Shown here: one piece after another, positions 1 through 10,472 of the stretch
Layout: every line of letters begins with the position of its first letter
Numbering within the stretch: position 1 is the stretch's first letter
IMG/VR virus record: IMGVR_UViG_3300001919_000035
Span: 1 to 64,000 of that record
Reading direction: 5' to 3' (one strand)
Origin: a virus
Taxonomy: Duplodnaviria; Caudoviricetes
Length of the DNA stretch: 64,000 nt
Position numbers and translations under genes: made by a program
Notes under the pieces: model-generated
Seen by the model: the letters and a program-made list of their open reading frames with translations, nothing else
Databases searched by the model: none
What the model was told of the DNA's origin: nothing

Positions 1-1
1 A

Positions 2-1315
2 TTTATCTGAAATCGATTTGGTATTGTCTCCTTCATAAAATTCTTTCCCAAGTAAACTAGAAACACCAAGTGGTACAGACCATTGCATTGGAGTAAGATT
101 ATTCATTCTATTTACAAACCCTTGCTTGTCTGCTCTTATATCATATAAAGTACGTAATACAGGATTAACTTTATTAGCATATTTACTTCTATAAGATAAA
201 TATTCTTCAATTTTATCTTGAGTAACATTATCTGACCATTTATTTATCAATCCTTCTTTTTGCATACCACGTTTCAATTGAATCATGTGTGCTTTATTTT
301 CAGAAGGAGTAGTAAGATAATTGTATGTGCTAGGATTGATATCCATTAAACCCTGTTTAAGTTCATTATAACTCATAATATTATCTGCATCTAACAAATA
401 ATTCATATAGTTATTAGCAGCTTCAGCCGTGTGTTCTTTATTTACTAAAGCATCTGCTAAATGACTTAATTCATGATTTGCAGTTCCATCTAGATAATAA
501 TCTGGATTTAGATATACTGTCATATCATCTATAGTAGGTTCTTGCTGTGGTCCATGAGTTTTACCATAGATTGGATTGCCATTCTTCTCCATCTGTTGGA
601 ACTTAACATATTTACCACGATTTGCCATATCTTGATAAGCAATTCTAGAAGCAGCTTTCTTGTAAGTAGTACCATAAGCTTTGTCAATACGATCTAGTAC
701 TTCTACTCCATCATCTGGTCGAAAAAGACTATTCGTTATTGTGCTTAGTTCTTTTTCATAACTTTGCATATTCTTATGTTTTCTTTGTACTTCAGCAAAT
801 TCAGCATCATAATCAGCTTCTGTCTTTGCTTTCTTCTTACCTTTCTTAGTAATTGTAGGAGTAAAAGGTTCAGCATATGATTGTGCCGTATAACCTTCAG
901 TACCTTCTATTACTCTACCTACTTTAGATTTGAGTTTCTTAACAGTCTTACCTACACCCCAAGGAACTAAATTTAATACTGCATCTAAAGCAGCACCTTT
1001 ATAATCTCCTTTACTTATATCTTCAACAAAGTTAATAGCATCTTTAATATAACCAGCAGGAGAAAGATATGCTTCAGGTTGAACTGCTTCTGCTCTACCT
1101 GATATTCTTTTTTGGCGTTCTAAATACTCTGGAGTACCTGGAGTATATTCAGGAGGTAGTTTGATATTAGCTGGTAATTTCTTGCCACCGTCTTCATAAT
1201 GAGGAATGGAATCGAATTGACTTTTAATATCAAAATATGTAGCACTAGGATTGTTAGTCTTTATACTATCATATATTTGTTTTCTTTCTTTGAAAGATAA
1301 TTCTGACCATTTCAT
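2..1315 (-). CDS. Partial (runs off left edge) virion-associated protein with zincin-like HExxH motif
   Basis: ATG at 1315 overlaps the TGA of the upstream gene (ATGA). Translates MKWSELSFKERKQIYDSIK...YEDGG... and contains YYLDGTANHELSHLADAL near 450-500. Not in the ORF track, probably because no stop lies inside the window; the frame was spot-checked, not fully verified. Confidence 0.7.
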   Translation of the reverse strand, partial: MKWSELSFKERKQIYDSIKTNNPSATYFDIKSQFDSIPHYEDGGKKLPANIKLPPEYTPGTPEYLERQKRISGRAEAVQPEAYLSPAGYIKDAINFVEDISKGDYKGAALDAVLNLVPWGVGKTVKKLKSKVGRVIEGTEGYTAQSYAEPFTPTITKKGKKKAKTEADYDAEFAEVQRKHKNMQSYEKELSTITNSLFRPDDGVEVLDRIDKAYGTTYKKAASRIAYQDMANRGKYVKFQQMEKNGNPIYGKTHGPQQEPTIDDMTVYLNPDYYLDGTANHELSHLADALVNKEHTAEAANNYMNYLLDADNIMSYNELKQGLMDINPSTYNYLTTPSENKAHMIQLKRGMQKEGLINKWSDNVTQDKIEEYLSYRSKYANKVNPVLRTLYDIRADKQGFVNRMNNLTPMQWSVPLGVSSLLGKEFYEGDNTKSISDK

Positions 1316-1671
1316 TTTTTAATCTTCATTAATTTGTTAGCCCATTTTTCCGTATAGAAATGATAATAATCTTTACATTTATGAAAAGCGCAATGTAATG
1401 CTGATGGTAAACCAATTACTAAAAGATATAATGGACCTAACATTTTTGACTGTTTAGTATGTCCTAATTCATGCTGTAGAGAATTCATGTGATTTATTAC
1501 TATATAATTACCTAAAGTAATACCACCTTTCATCTTAGTACTTAGTTTGCACTTAATACCTTCACCGCATGTTTCTTTAGTACACACTTCATAACCTTTA
1601 TAATAATGGTATACAGCAAGCCCCAGTAAATTCTGAGGCAATTGCCATATCCAAAGCAGTACTTGTTTCAT
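1312..1671 (-). CDS. Small membrane-associated zincin-like metallopeptidase-domain protein
   Basis: Hydrophobic N-terminus (LLWIWQLPQNLLGLAV), GITLG motif, HELGH (HExxH), second hydrophobic segment LGPLYLLVIGLP. Confidence 0.65.
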   Translation of the reverse strand: MKQVLLWIWQLPQNLLGLAVYHYYKGYEVCTKETCGEGIKCKLSTKMKGGITLGNYIVINHMNSLQHELGHTKQSKMLGPLYLLVIGLPSALHCAFHKCKDYYHFYTEKWANKLMKIKK

Positions 1672-1744
1672 TACTTACCAGTTTTACCAGGTTTACCTTT
1701 TCCACCTTTCTTGCTTCCACCTTTACATCCCATAATATTATCTC

Positions 1745-4321
1745 CTATTTTTTAGTTTTAGTTTTACCTTCACCTACCACTTTATTCTTTAAAGCTGTTT
1801 TGGCTTTAAGTTTCTCCCTATCCATTGCAGCTTTATCCTTTTGTGATTGCAATTTTTTTGCTTCTTCGAGTTTCTTCTTCTCTAAAGCTAGTTTTTCTCT
1901 TTCAATAGTAGCCTTTAACTGTTCTGCTTGTTTAGCTTGTTCAATCTTACGATTTTCAATTCTAGCTTTATTTTCAGCTTCTCTAGCTTTATTGTTCAAC
2001 TCTAATTGCTTAGCCATAGAATCTGAATATAACCTTTGCTGTTCAATTGCTTGCTTACCAATTTCAATAGGATCAGGTATACCATTACCATCTTGATCCA
2101 TTTCCTCAGAACCTCTATAAGCATTCAGTTGAGCTACAGTTATCTTAGTAGCATTGTCTTGATCAATCTTGTACTTCTGTAAATCAAGTTCAGCTTCTTT
2201 AAGCATAAGCTCTTGCTGTTTAACTTCATTTTGCATTTGTACGAGTTGCTGCTGTTGTTGAGCTTCCTGTTCCTGCATAGCTTGCTGCTGAGATATTCTC
2301 TCTTGTTCAAGTTCTTTAAGTTTACTCTTGATCATAGACAGATTCTCCATAGTATACATTTCTGCTGCATCTACAAGACTTGCACCATTCTGCATAGCAG
2401 GTTGAATTAATGCTCTTAATTGTTCAATAGCTTGAGTTTCCTTAGTAGAATCAGTAACAAAGATATCAAAATCTTCATTAGCAAAATTATCTGCTACAGA
2501 TATAAATGCTCTAGTAGTATCATCAAATATGTAATTTAAATACTGTTTATCGCTATCTTTCCAAGCTGCTTTTGCAGTATTTAATAACATTAATAATGCC
2601 TGTTTCTTTACTTGGTTATGCATCCAAAATAAAGGTTCAGTAATATGAGCAGATTGAATTACAGATCTTTCTACATTACCAACTAATTCAGTACTTGAAA
2701 TAGCACCTTGTCTTTGTGGAGTTACACCCGATAATTCAGATGCCATTGCTTCAATCTTATCAAGTAATTGAATATATTGAGCAATAACGTTACCCATAGT
2801 AAGATCCCAAGTAGTAAATCCATTGAATGATGCTGGTCTACCTCCTTCTCTACCAGGTATATCCCAACCTTCATCATAAGGATTAATAAATGCTACTCCT
2901 AGTGCACTTAAGTAATGCATCCATTTAGCAGTATCAATACCTAATCCTTTAGGTATCTGAGTAACATCTACTACAGGAACTTTACCTTTATCTCTAGCCA
3001 TTGCTAATTCTAATCTATAGAATGTAGTAATATAAAGATATTGTAAAGGTTTCATTATACTTACTAAAGACTTAGGTGAACTGTTAGTATTACTATATAC
3101 TACACCAGTATAAGGTAATCTTTGAGAATTTAGGTTCTTACTTGTGATATATTGATATTCTATAGGTTGCATGCCAAAATAGATTTCATCTGCTTTGTAG
3201 CCTTCCCATACTTCAATAATCCAGTCCCATTCTACATTTACTTCATCACCAGTTGGTTTATAGTATTCATCTACTATAAATTCTTCTGTAGTACCTGTTT
3301 CAGGATTAATAACAGTAACAAATCCTATTTTCTTAAATGACTTCCAACATACATGGTATACTACTACATCCTCACTATCTCCGTAAGGATTATGATCAGG
3401 CATTTTACTATAGATTTTAGTATCAATATGATTCCAATCATCTACCATATTCTTATCACCTAACCAATTCTTACCTTCTCTACCATACTGTCCAAAGTAT
3501 TCAAGTAATTCATTTAACTGTGATTCATCAAGTTTATCATAGAATTCATCATATACTTGAGTGTATGACATAAGCATTTTATGGCAACACATTGGCGCTT
3601 CATGTATAAATTCTATTCCTTCACAATCATCAAACCAAAACTCTTTTGGATTTACCCTATCTAAGCAAGGTTCTCCATTTCTTATTCCTACATAAACAAC
3701 CTCTTCACCTGCAATAAGTCCATCTTTCCAAGTCTTTACAAATTCGTGATCAATGTTTAAAGATTGCTTTAAATAATTTAAACTATGATATGCAGTAATT
3801 TCTGCTACATCTTTGTAATCCTTAGTAAGGTATTCCTGTATTTGTTCTGGTGTTTGTATTTCACCTGAAGCTAATGCCTGTTCATATCTTGCTTGTTCCT
3901 CTGGACCCATTTGAGCCATAATAGAAGCCTGGATGTAATCTAAAAGCATTTGTTTTGCTTTCTCTTGCATTTCACTTGCTGCAGCATCACTAGTACGACA
4001 AACTCTAAAGTTGAAAGGTCTTTTAGTTTCTTCACCAATAAGTAAGTCGATCTTAGGTCTGATAATGTTATAATCCTGTGCCATTGCTGGGAAACCATCA
4101 TCTTGGTTAAATGGATTAGTAACATATTTCAAATCCTTTTCACTGTAGACGCTATTGTATAGATCATAATAGGTTTGCATCTCTTCATCAGATGGTACAG
4201 ATCCTGCACTAGTAATTTGAGATTGACCTATAATATAATCTACACAGCTTTTTCTCCATTCTTCAGTTTTCTTGCTAAAGGGTATTTTCTGTATAGGAAA
4301 GCTATTTACTACGCGTTCCAT
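1745..4321 (-). CDS. Portal protein (crAss-like)
   Basis: 858 aa, immediately downstream of the terminase. N-terminal YNIIRPKIDLLIGEE motif and long Q/E/K coiled-coil C-terminus typical of crAss-like portals. Confidence 0.85.
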   Translation of the reverse strand: MERVVNSFPIQKIPFSKKTEEWRKSCVDYIIGQSQITSAGSVPSDEEMQTYYDLYNSVYSEKDLKYVTNPFNQDDGFPAMAQDYNIIRPKIDLLIGEETKRPFNFRVCRTSDAAASEMQEKAKQMLLDYIQASIMAQMGPEEQARYEQALASGEIQTPEQIQEYLTKDYKDVAEITAYHSLNYLKQSLNIDHEFVKTWKDGLIAGEEVVYVGIRNGEPCLDRVNPKEFWFDDCEGIEFIHEAPMCCHKMLMSYTQVYDEFYDKLDESQLNELLEYFGQYGREGKNWLGDKNMVDDWNHIDTKIYSKMPDHNPYGDSEDVVVYHVCWKSFKKIGFVTVINPETGTTEEFIVDEYYKPTGDEVNVEWDWIIEVWEGYKADEIYFGMQPIEYQYITSKNLNSQRLPYTGVVYSNTNSSPKSLVSIMKPLQYLYITTFYRLELAMARDKGKVPVVDVTQIPKGLGIDTAKWMHYLSALGVAFINPYDEGWDIPGREGGRPASFNGFTTWDLTMGNVIAQYIQLLDKIEAMASELSGVTPQRQGAISSTELVGNVERSVIQSAHITEPLFWMHNQVKKQALLMLLNTAKAAWKDSDKQYLNYIFDDTTRAFISVADNFANEDFDIFVTDSTKETQAIEQLRALIQPAMQNGASLVDAAEMYTMENLSMIKSKLKELEQERISQQQAMQEQEAQQQQQLVQMQNEVKQQELMLKEAELDLQKYKIDQDNATKITVAQLNAYRGSEEMDQDGNGIPDPIEIGKQAIEQQRLYSDSMAKQLELNNKAREAENKARIENRKIEQAKQAEQLKATIEREKLALEKKKLEEAKKLQSQKDKAAMDREKLKAKTALKNKVVGEGKTKTKK

Positions 4322-4324
4322 ATT

Positions 4325-6403
4325 TTAAAATGAAAATGTTAATATAGTTGAATCAAATATTTTATTATTAGAAGGTTCTGTAGATTGTTCATACCATTGA
4401 TCTGTAAATATAGGTAGATCAAATAATCTTTGTTTCTTCTCTATCTCTTCCTTCTTCTTTACTTGAGATGTATACAATTGTTCCCTATATATCATTACTT
4501 GCATTAAAGACATTACACGGTCAAAGTTACCTTTATCATTGTACTGTATTAGCTCCTCAAGTAATGGTTCTGATAGTATAGTCTCAAGTCTCATATGACC
4601 AGGCTCTGTTTCTTCCTCTAGCCATTCTTTTATTTTACCTTCTCCCCAGAGTTTAATTTCTTTATTCATATGGCACCCTTTTCTTCTGTTTACTCTGGAA
4701 TCTTTTACAATATCTTTAATGATATCTGGTTGATCTGCTAGTAGGTAATCACAATGTTTATTATTAAAGTAAGTGAATATGCCAGTATTTTGGTTTTCAC
4801 ACATTATTCTACCATTGTAATATACTGCTAATTTTCTAACTGTATCATAGAACTGTTCAGCAGTCTTTGGTCTACCTGTGTACTCAGCTACTATAATATC
4901 ACTATAAGATTCAAAGTCTTGTATACGTTTATATACAAATACCGAACCTAATGAATTAGTACCTGATTGATTATGATCATAGGGGTCAACACCAAGTATA
5001 TATAAACCAAATGGAGCATCTGGTACAGGGTGTTCCCATATAACTACTGCTCCTGTAGGATCTGTTTCTTGTGGTAAAGGATATTGAGTAATGTCTCCTG
5101 CTTTTTTAATAGTCCATGTTACTTTACCGTTATCCCAATTTAAATCACCAACTTGTTTATGGTTTTGTAATTTCTTATTAGTTCTAATCCTAGCTAATTG
5201 TCTTTGTAGCGGTCTTTTAGGGAATATATTACCAGTTAATTCAGTAAAGGCTTCTGCTGGTGTTTCAGCATGTTCAGCTACATACCTATCTATAGCTTGC
5301 ATGGTCTTTACATTCTTTAACTCCTGCTCACGTAAGGTTAGTATATACTTCCTAGATGCTTCATGTAATGTATTACCATCCTCATCCATAAACATACGAT
5401 TACCACTTTCATCACGTGCATCTAAGTTAGTATGCTGTGGTATAAAGAAACCACATTGTTTACCACCCATTGCAGCTTCATCCCATATATTATCAAAGCC
5501 TATACAGTTATATGAATCAGGATCATAAAAAGCTTCACGTAATGGAGCTACTGCATCACCTTGGTCACCACCAGTACCAAACATAATCATAAGACCAAAT
5601 GCTATACCATCATGTTCTACTGACGGTCTTGCAATTTGCCATGCTGCTTTTAGTTCAGCAAATGTACCTGCTTCTTCCCAAAGTATGAGTATACCACGTT
5701 TACCACGTACTGCATCAGGATTATCTTTAAGTGATAAACCGATAATCTCAGATTTAAAACCTGTTTCAATCTTATTACCAAATTCATCTGTGATAAGCAT
5801 AGATGCTCTACGTCGCATATTAGTATTTGCTACTTGACGTTTCTTACCCCATGCTGTATACTCATCAATGAAGTCCATGTAATCCCATGCCTTAGTAAGA
5901 ATACCATCATCAGTAAGGTATTGTTTATTAGAAGCATATACATATGATTTAGATTCTGGAATAAGAAAGAAGTTCCTGCATAGCATAGAACCACCTTTAT
6001 AAGAGTAACCTTTACGTCTAGCTTTAGCTACACATAAGTGTTTACCTTTTTCCTGAGCTTCTTCTATTGCTTGAAAATAGTAATAATCATAGTCATAAAA
6101 ATCTGGGAAAGTACGTTCACTAACAGATTTCCATTCTAGCAATTTTGTCTTCTTATTCCTTATTTCTTTATAAACCTGTCTTACAATAGGACAATAATTT
6201 AAATAGAAATAATGGTAACCTGTTATAAAGTCACCATCATCCGCAGTATACCCATTAATGCATCTATCTACTTCTTGATCCCAGAATTTATAATATTCGG
6301 TCGTTCCTTTGGGGTAGACACAATAAGAGCCCGTCTCTACAAATGTAAGGGCGGGCTTCCTAAACTTATTGCTATTTTTGATTTTCTTATGGAAATCAAT
6401 CAT
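4325..6403 (-). CDS. terL: Terminase large subunit
   Basis: Walker A-like KARRKGYSY, Walker B ILWEEAG, motif III FGTGG, RNase H-like nuclease LGVDPYD and C-terminal NFDRVMSL. Confidence 0.93.
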   Translation of the reverse strand: MIDFHKKIKNSNKFRKPALTFVETGSYCVYPKGTTEYYKFWDQEVDRCINGYTADDGDFITGYHYFYLNYCPIVRQVYKEIRNKKTKLLEWKSVSERTFPDFYDYDYYYFQAIEEAQEKGKHLCVAKARRKGYSYKGGSMLCRNFFLIPESKSYVYASNKQYLTDDGILTKAWDYMDFIDEYTAWGKKRQVANTNMRRRASMLITDEFGNKIETGFKSEIIGLSLKDNPDAVRGKRGILILWEEAGTFAELKAAWQIARPSVEHDGIAFGLMIMFGTGGDQGDAVAPLREAFYDPDSYNCIGFDNIWDEAAMGGKQCGFFIPQHTNLDARDESGNRMFMDEDGNTLHEASRKYILTLREQELKNVKTMQAIDRYVAEHAETPAEAFTELTGNIFPKRPLQRQLARIRTNKKLQNHKQVGDLNWDNGKVTWTIKKAGDITQYPLPQETDPTGAVVIWEHPVPDAPFGLYILGVDPYDHNQSGTNSLGSVFVYKRIQDFESYSDIIVAEYTGRPKTAEQFYDTVRKLAVYYNGRIMCENQNTGIFTYFNNKHCDYLLADQPDIIKDIVKDSRVNRRKGCHMNKEIKLWGEGKIKEWLEEETEPGHMRLETILSEPLLEELIQYNDKGNFDRVMSLMQVMIYREQLYTSQVKKKEEIEKKQRLFDLPIFTDQWYEQSTEPSNNKIFDSTILTFSF

Positions 6404-6408
6404 AATTA

Positions 6409-6672
6409 TTAACGGTTAAACCAATTTTTAATTGCTTTACCGAGTCGTTTATACCACGGGGTTTTTGTTTTCTCAGGTGCTTCTTCAACCAAAATTGCAT
6501 TTTGTGATAAAACTTCTCGGAAAGCAATTTCTCTTTCAATTTCTTTTTCTCTATCTTCTTCTGCTTTGTGTGCAGGACCAAAATCTATAATCAGATCAAA
6601 TTGCTCGTCATTAACTTTAACTGTTTTAGCCTTACTAGTCTTTTTGCTAGTAGCTTTCTTTTCCTTAGCCAT
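6409..6672 (-). CDS. Hypothetical protein
   Basis: 87-aa ORF abutting terL, A-rich upstream region, preceded by an ECF-like promoter motif. Confidence 0.7.
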   Translation of the reverse strand: MAKEKKATSKKTSKAKTVKVNDEQFDLIIDFGPAHKAEEDREKEIEREIAFREVLSQNAILVEEAPEKTKTPWYKRLGKAIKNWFNR

Positions 6673-6697
6673 AGTTATTATTTTTAATATGCGCTGT

Positions 6698-6724
6698 TAA
6701 CGCTTGTTATTTTTATTTGTTTCA
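6698..6724 (-). promoter_or_regulatory. ECF-like promoter motif (variant TGAAACA-N14-GCGTTA)
   Basis: Same spacing as four other copies; 26 nt upstream of the 6409..6672 start. Confidence 0.5.
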
Positions 6725-6735
6725 AAATGTATTAT

Positions 6736-7281
6736 TTACCGTACATCTAATCTATTTGTTAACTCATACGGATTAACCTCTGCACCACCTCTAATTCTTG
6801 TACTAGCAGCTTCTTCTGATCTTACTGCGGCTTCTAATGCATCTAGAGATTTAATAGTTTCTCCTAATTTAGCCATACCTGCAAATATCAATTGAACCTT
6901 CTTCTCATCTAATTCATCTTGTAATGATTCTGCATAGTAATGTGATACACTGTTGAGTTTAAGCTTAGCATTCTTGAGTAAACCAAGTATTAATGTTTCG
7001 CTAAAGTCTTTGTATGCTTGTTCAGCTTCTAATACTTCTACTGGTAATTGATAGTTACTATCCCCAAATAGTTCTTTCTTTAGTCTAAACTCAATGTCTT
7101 CTGGCTGCATACTTTGGACATACGGACTATCGTATTTATTCTTAAGTACGATATATGATATATATTTGGTAGCCATTTCTTTATCTGCCTTATCAGCATC
7201 CCACACTTTTTTAAAGCATGGGATACCAAGGGCATCATTATGAATTACTACTTTACCACCTAAAATATCAAATAGTTTCAC
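6736..7281 (-). CDS. Conserved crAss-like protein near terL (terminase small subunit possible, unproven)
   Basis: 181-aa helical ORF in the packaging cluster; function inferred from position only. Confidence 0.55.
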   Translation of the reverse strand: MKLFDILGGKVVIHNDALGIPCFKKVWDADKADKEMATKYISYIVLKNKYDSPYVQSMQPEDIEFRLKKELFGDSNYQLPVEVLEAEQAYKDFSETLILGLLKNAKLKLNSVSHYYAESLQDELDEKKVQLIFAGMAKLGETIKSLDALEAAVRSEEAASTRIRGGAEVNPYELTNRLDVR

Positions 7282-7377
7282 TACTAATCTATTTTATATT
7301 TAAAATAACGGGATTTGTAATGCCTTTCTAATTCTTTCTTAGCATCTTCAAGAGATAAGAATCCTACAAACTCAGGG

Positions 7378-7890
7378 TTACGCCTGTAATTGTTTATCAT
7401 CTCCTTCAACTGCTCCGCTTTCTCGTCCCTGTTCTGATTCCTCATTTTCTACTTTATTATCAGTTGAGCCAAATCCATTTTCACCTCTTTCACCAGCAGC
7501 AATTTCTTCAACTAATACTGGCTCCATCTTAGGATAAGGTATTACTACAAGTTGAGCAATCTTTTCACCTTCTTTATAGATTGTTGGCAATGCATCTGTG
7601 GTAATTTTAAATTTAACTATAAGTTCACCAGAGTAACCACAATCTATAATACCTACGCAATTAGTCATACTCAAAGATCTTTCAGCAATAGATGATCTAC
7701 AAAAGATCATACCTACATAACCCTCAGGTATTTCTACTGATAAACCTGTATGATATACTAACACCATTTTACCACTTCTATCAAATTCTTGAGTAAAACC
7801 AATATTTGATAAGTCTAATCCTGCATCAGTAGGATGTGCATAACTAGGTAATACTGCGTCTTCTCTAAGTTTCTTAAATTTTAATTCCAT
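7378..7890 (-). CDS. dut: Trimeric dUTPase
   Basis: PSYAHPTDAGLDL, RSS, GIIDCGYSGE, KIAQL and RGENGFGST match dUTPase motifs I-V. Confidence 0.95.
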   Translation of the reverse strand: MELKFKKLREDAVLPSYAHPTDAGLDLSNIGFTQEFDRSGKMVLVYHTGLSVEIPEGYVGMIFCRSSIAERSLSMTNCVGIIDCGYSGELIVKFKITTDALPTIYKEGEKIAQLVVIPYPKMEPVLVEEIAAGERGENGFGSTDNKVENEESEQGRESGAVEGDDKQLQA

Positions 7891-7893
7891 ATT

Positions 7894-8079
7894 TTATTTT
7901 CTTACTATATTATGTCCTAATATTATTTCTGTCATTTGAGCAAATAAATTTGCTGCATAATCTTCGGCGAATTGACTCTTATTCGTGTCCTTTAGAATTT
8001 GCTTCAGATACAATAGTATCACTTGTTGATTCAGTAGTATCTGGTCCAACTTCTCTGAATCCAAATTTGTAGTACTCAT
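7894..8079 (-). CDS. Small hypothetical protein
   Basis: 61-aa ORF ending 3 nt before dut; overlaps the 3' end of the upstream ORF. Confidence 0.5.
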   Translation of the reverse strand: MSTTNLDSEKLDQILLNQQVILLYLKQILKDTNKSQFAEDYAANLFAQMTEIILGHNIVRK

Positions 8080-8677
8080 TTGTATTATGCTTTACTTTTT
8101 GATAATTCTCTAAAGTTTTTATTAGATGTTTTCTTAACAGATTGTATTCTAATACTACTTTATAGTCGTCTTCAGTCTCATCAACTCCTCTAAAACTATA
8201 AATAAATCTACCGTCTGCTTTTTGTCTATCTTCAGTTTTTGAACTCCAATTTTTAATTGGGCTAACTGAAATTGTTACATCCTTAAGACCACTTTTCTTT
8301 ATAGCTCGATTGATCTGCTTATCATCGTATTCGTAAGTATGGATATTACCATATCCATCACTATCTGCTTTAATTATGTTCTCATAATTATCTAATATTG
8401 TATTTATAGCACTGATCTTTTCATCTTTCTCAAAGTTAAGCAAAATGTTTCTTCTAAGCCATAAAAGTATTGTAGCATCTGCTGCTACTCTTACTAAGTT
8501 TTCATCAGCACCTTCTTTGAGATTATTCTCTAAATCTTCTTTACAAATAGTATAATAATCTTTAGCAAGTTCTACAAACACTTTGTCAATGTCCTCAAGA
8601 CAATCCTGTGGAATCATACTATTCCGATCGTTCTTCATATCCATCTGGTCTTGGCATTTCTTCAATTCGTATTGCAT
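7979..8677 (-). CDS. Hypothetical protein (true start may be an internal Met near 8644)
   Basis: 232-aa ORF in an operon-like arrangement. Confidence 0.65.
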   Translation of the reverse strand: MQYELKKCQDQMDMKNDRNSMIPQDCLEDIDKVFVELAKDYYTICKEDLENNLKEGADENLVRVAADATILLWLRRNILLNFEKDEKISAINTILDNYENIIKADSDGYGNIHTYEYDDKQINRAIKKSGLKDVTISVSPIKNWSSKTEDRQKADGRFIYSFRGVDETEDDYKVVLEYNLLRKHLIKTLENYQKVKHNTNEYYKFGFREVGPDTTESTSDTIVSEANSKGHE

Positions 8678-9014
8678 CTATTTCTGTCTTATCGCTAATT
8701 ATCGCTTTACATACTCTATGAAATCCATCACATATCCTACCATAGTTATCAAGTATTACTGGGTAATCACCAACATCATTTACTCTTTTACTATGCCATA
8801 TAAACTCATCTATATTGTTAATATCCCAAGGCATCTGAGAAAGATCTATAGCAGCTAATGGTAATTTAAATACAGGATAATTCTGTTCTTTACACCAATT
8901 TATCAATGTTGAAGCTGCCCATGATTTATTACCACATGTATATCTATTTTCTGCTAATCCTTGTTTCGGATACTTTATCTTTGGATTGCTCGGTTTTTCT
9001 TTTTTTAGAATCAT
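8619..9014 (-). CDS. ParB/Srx-like domain protein
   Basis: YPVILDNYGRICDGFHRV resembles the ParB/Srx PI..D....DGxHR signature. Confidence 0.7.
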   Translation of the reverse strand: MILKKEKPSNPKIKYPKQGLAENRYTCGNKSWAASTLINWCKEQNYPVFKLPLAAIDLSQMPWDINNIDEFIWHSKRVNDVGDYPVILDNYGRICDGFHRVCKAIISDKTEIDAIRIEEMPRPDGYEERSE

Positions 9015-9198
9015 ATCTATTCTTAAGTTTAATTTTAAAAAGATAACTAAACATTATAGACTTAGTATCTTCAGAATCTGATATTATAGTTGATGCAAAT
9101 TTAAATGGATGATTACATATTACTTCTACTACTTGATATGGTATATTATATTTGTTAGATAACTGAGTATATATGCTAGTTTTCTTTTGAGGAATCAT
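8944..9198 (-). CDS. HU/IHF-like small DNA-binding protein
   Basis: 84 aa and basic. Two N-terminal helices (IYTQLSNKYNIPYQVVEVI) followed by a beta arm (SIMFSYLFKIKLKNR) fit the HU fold layout. Confidence 0.6.
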   Translation of the reverse strand: MIPQKKTSIYTQLSNKYNIPYQVVEVICNHPFKFASTIISDSEDTKSIMFSYLFKIKLKNRYDSKKRKTEQSKDKVSETRISRK

Positions 9199-9568
9199 AT
9201 ACTATCTTATAATACTTATTAGTAAGTAATGATTCTAGAGTAAATGTAGAAGGATCTACTGTATCGGGTCTAATAATGTTTATTCTAGTTGCTAATTCAG
9301 ATTCAATACATTTATCGTTCACTACAACATAATTGGATATTAGTTGTTTTTCTGCTTTACTATATTGTTTCTTTGGCTCTAGTATTACATATTCTGTACC
9401 GTCATATTTAAAATTATTTAATGGACTTATTAAAGTAAATTGTTCTTTACATATAACAGCAGAATCATACCTGTTAGACTTTCCTTTAACCCATTTGCAT
9501 AGTTTGCTAAACCAATCAGTGTACTTCCAGATTATTATAGAACCAGGTTTAATTACTATTTCTTTCAT
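9176..9568 (-). CDS. Hypothetical protein
   Basis: 130-aa ORF overlapping the next gene start. Confidence 0.7.
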   Translation of the reverse strand: MKEIVIKPGSIIIWKYTDWFSKLCKWVKGKSNRYDSAVICKEQFTLISPLNNFKYDGTEYVILEPKKQYSKAEKQLISNYVVVNDKCIESELATRINIIRPDTVDPSTFTLESLLTNKYYKIVYDSSKEN

Positions 9569-9573
9569 TTATT

Positions 9574-10110
9574 CTAATTATTATATTTCCATTTATAACC
9601 ACCTGCGGTTTTATATTTTCCTTTGCAGCATAAGCATATACTATTTTGTTTTATACCTAGCTCTTTCTGTGCTTCTGTTGCAGAAGAAAATGTACGAATA
9701 TAATTATTGTTTATATCTAGTTGGATTACTGATTTTATAATACCTTTTATAGTTTTGTTTCTGCATTCACCATAGTTCATATTATATTTAATAGTACACC
9801 ATTCTAGATTTTCTACTTGATTATTTTGTTTATTTTCATCTTTGTGGTTAATTATTGGAAAATTTTCTTTATTTGGAAGAAATGCAGTTGCTACTAATCT
9901 ATGTATTGGATAATGCTTTTTAGTATTATTTTTACTCAGAGTTACTATTGCATATCCCTTAGATATGAAGGGTTTCAAAATAGTTGATTTTATTATTCTT
10001 TTTCTTCCTAAAGAATCTAATACCGTTCTTTCAACAGATCTTACTCTTCCAAAATTTGAAACTTCATATTCAGTGCAATCTTCTATTTCTTTCCAAATTT
10101 CTTTTAACAT
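9574..10110 (-). mobile_element. Free-standing NUMOD4-HNH homing endonuclease with C-terminal NUMOD1-like HTH
   Basis: EIWKEI..YEVSNFGRVRS (NUMOD4), IHRLVATAF...INHKDENKQNN...NLEWCT (HNH), YKTAGGYKWKY. Confidence 0.92.
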
Positions 10111-10472
10111 TTTAACCTAATCACAATCGTTATTTGTACTCTATCACCAATGATCTCTGGTATCAAAGCTTTATTAACACTTAATTCATCTTCGGCTGGT
10201 CCAGAAACTAAAATTCCTTTTTCTTTAAAAGACTTTATATATCTACTTAAGTTATCTTTAGTAATACCTAATGTTGAAATTATATGCTTTCTATTTAATC
10301 TATTAGCAATATTCTTATTCTCATTTGGTCCTTTTACATAGTTAATATCTAGTCTTATAAATTCGGCCATTAATTCTAGTTCTCTATCTGTTAGCCGAAG
10401 AATACCATTAAGTGACATTAGAAACTCTGTGATGAGATCATCTCGATCAACAGACTTTACTAATTTATTCAT
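10104..10472 (-). CDS. Winged-helix DNA-binding protein
   Basis: LTDRELELM...IISTLGITKDNLSRYIKSFKEKGIL fits a wHTH pattern. Confidence 0.7.
   Translation of the reverse strand: MNKLVKSVDRDDLITEFLMSLNGILRLTDRELELMAEFIRLDINYVKGPNENKNIANRLNRKHIISTLGITKDNLSRYIKSFKEKGILVSGPAEDELSVNKALIPEIIGDRVQITIVIRLKC

Noticed and set aside
1800-6412. + strand ORFs 1800..2096, 2213..2410, 3152..3340, 5091..5528 and 6212..6412, and same-strand off-frame 3940..4125 and 6396..6581
   Set aside because: Shadow ORFs overlapping portal, terminase or neighbouring genes, with no coding signature
7303-7330. Sixth ECF-like promoter (TAGAAA...CCGTTA on the - strand)
   Set aside because: Spacing is about 2 nt shorter and both boxes deviate; too weak to call
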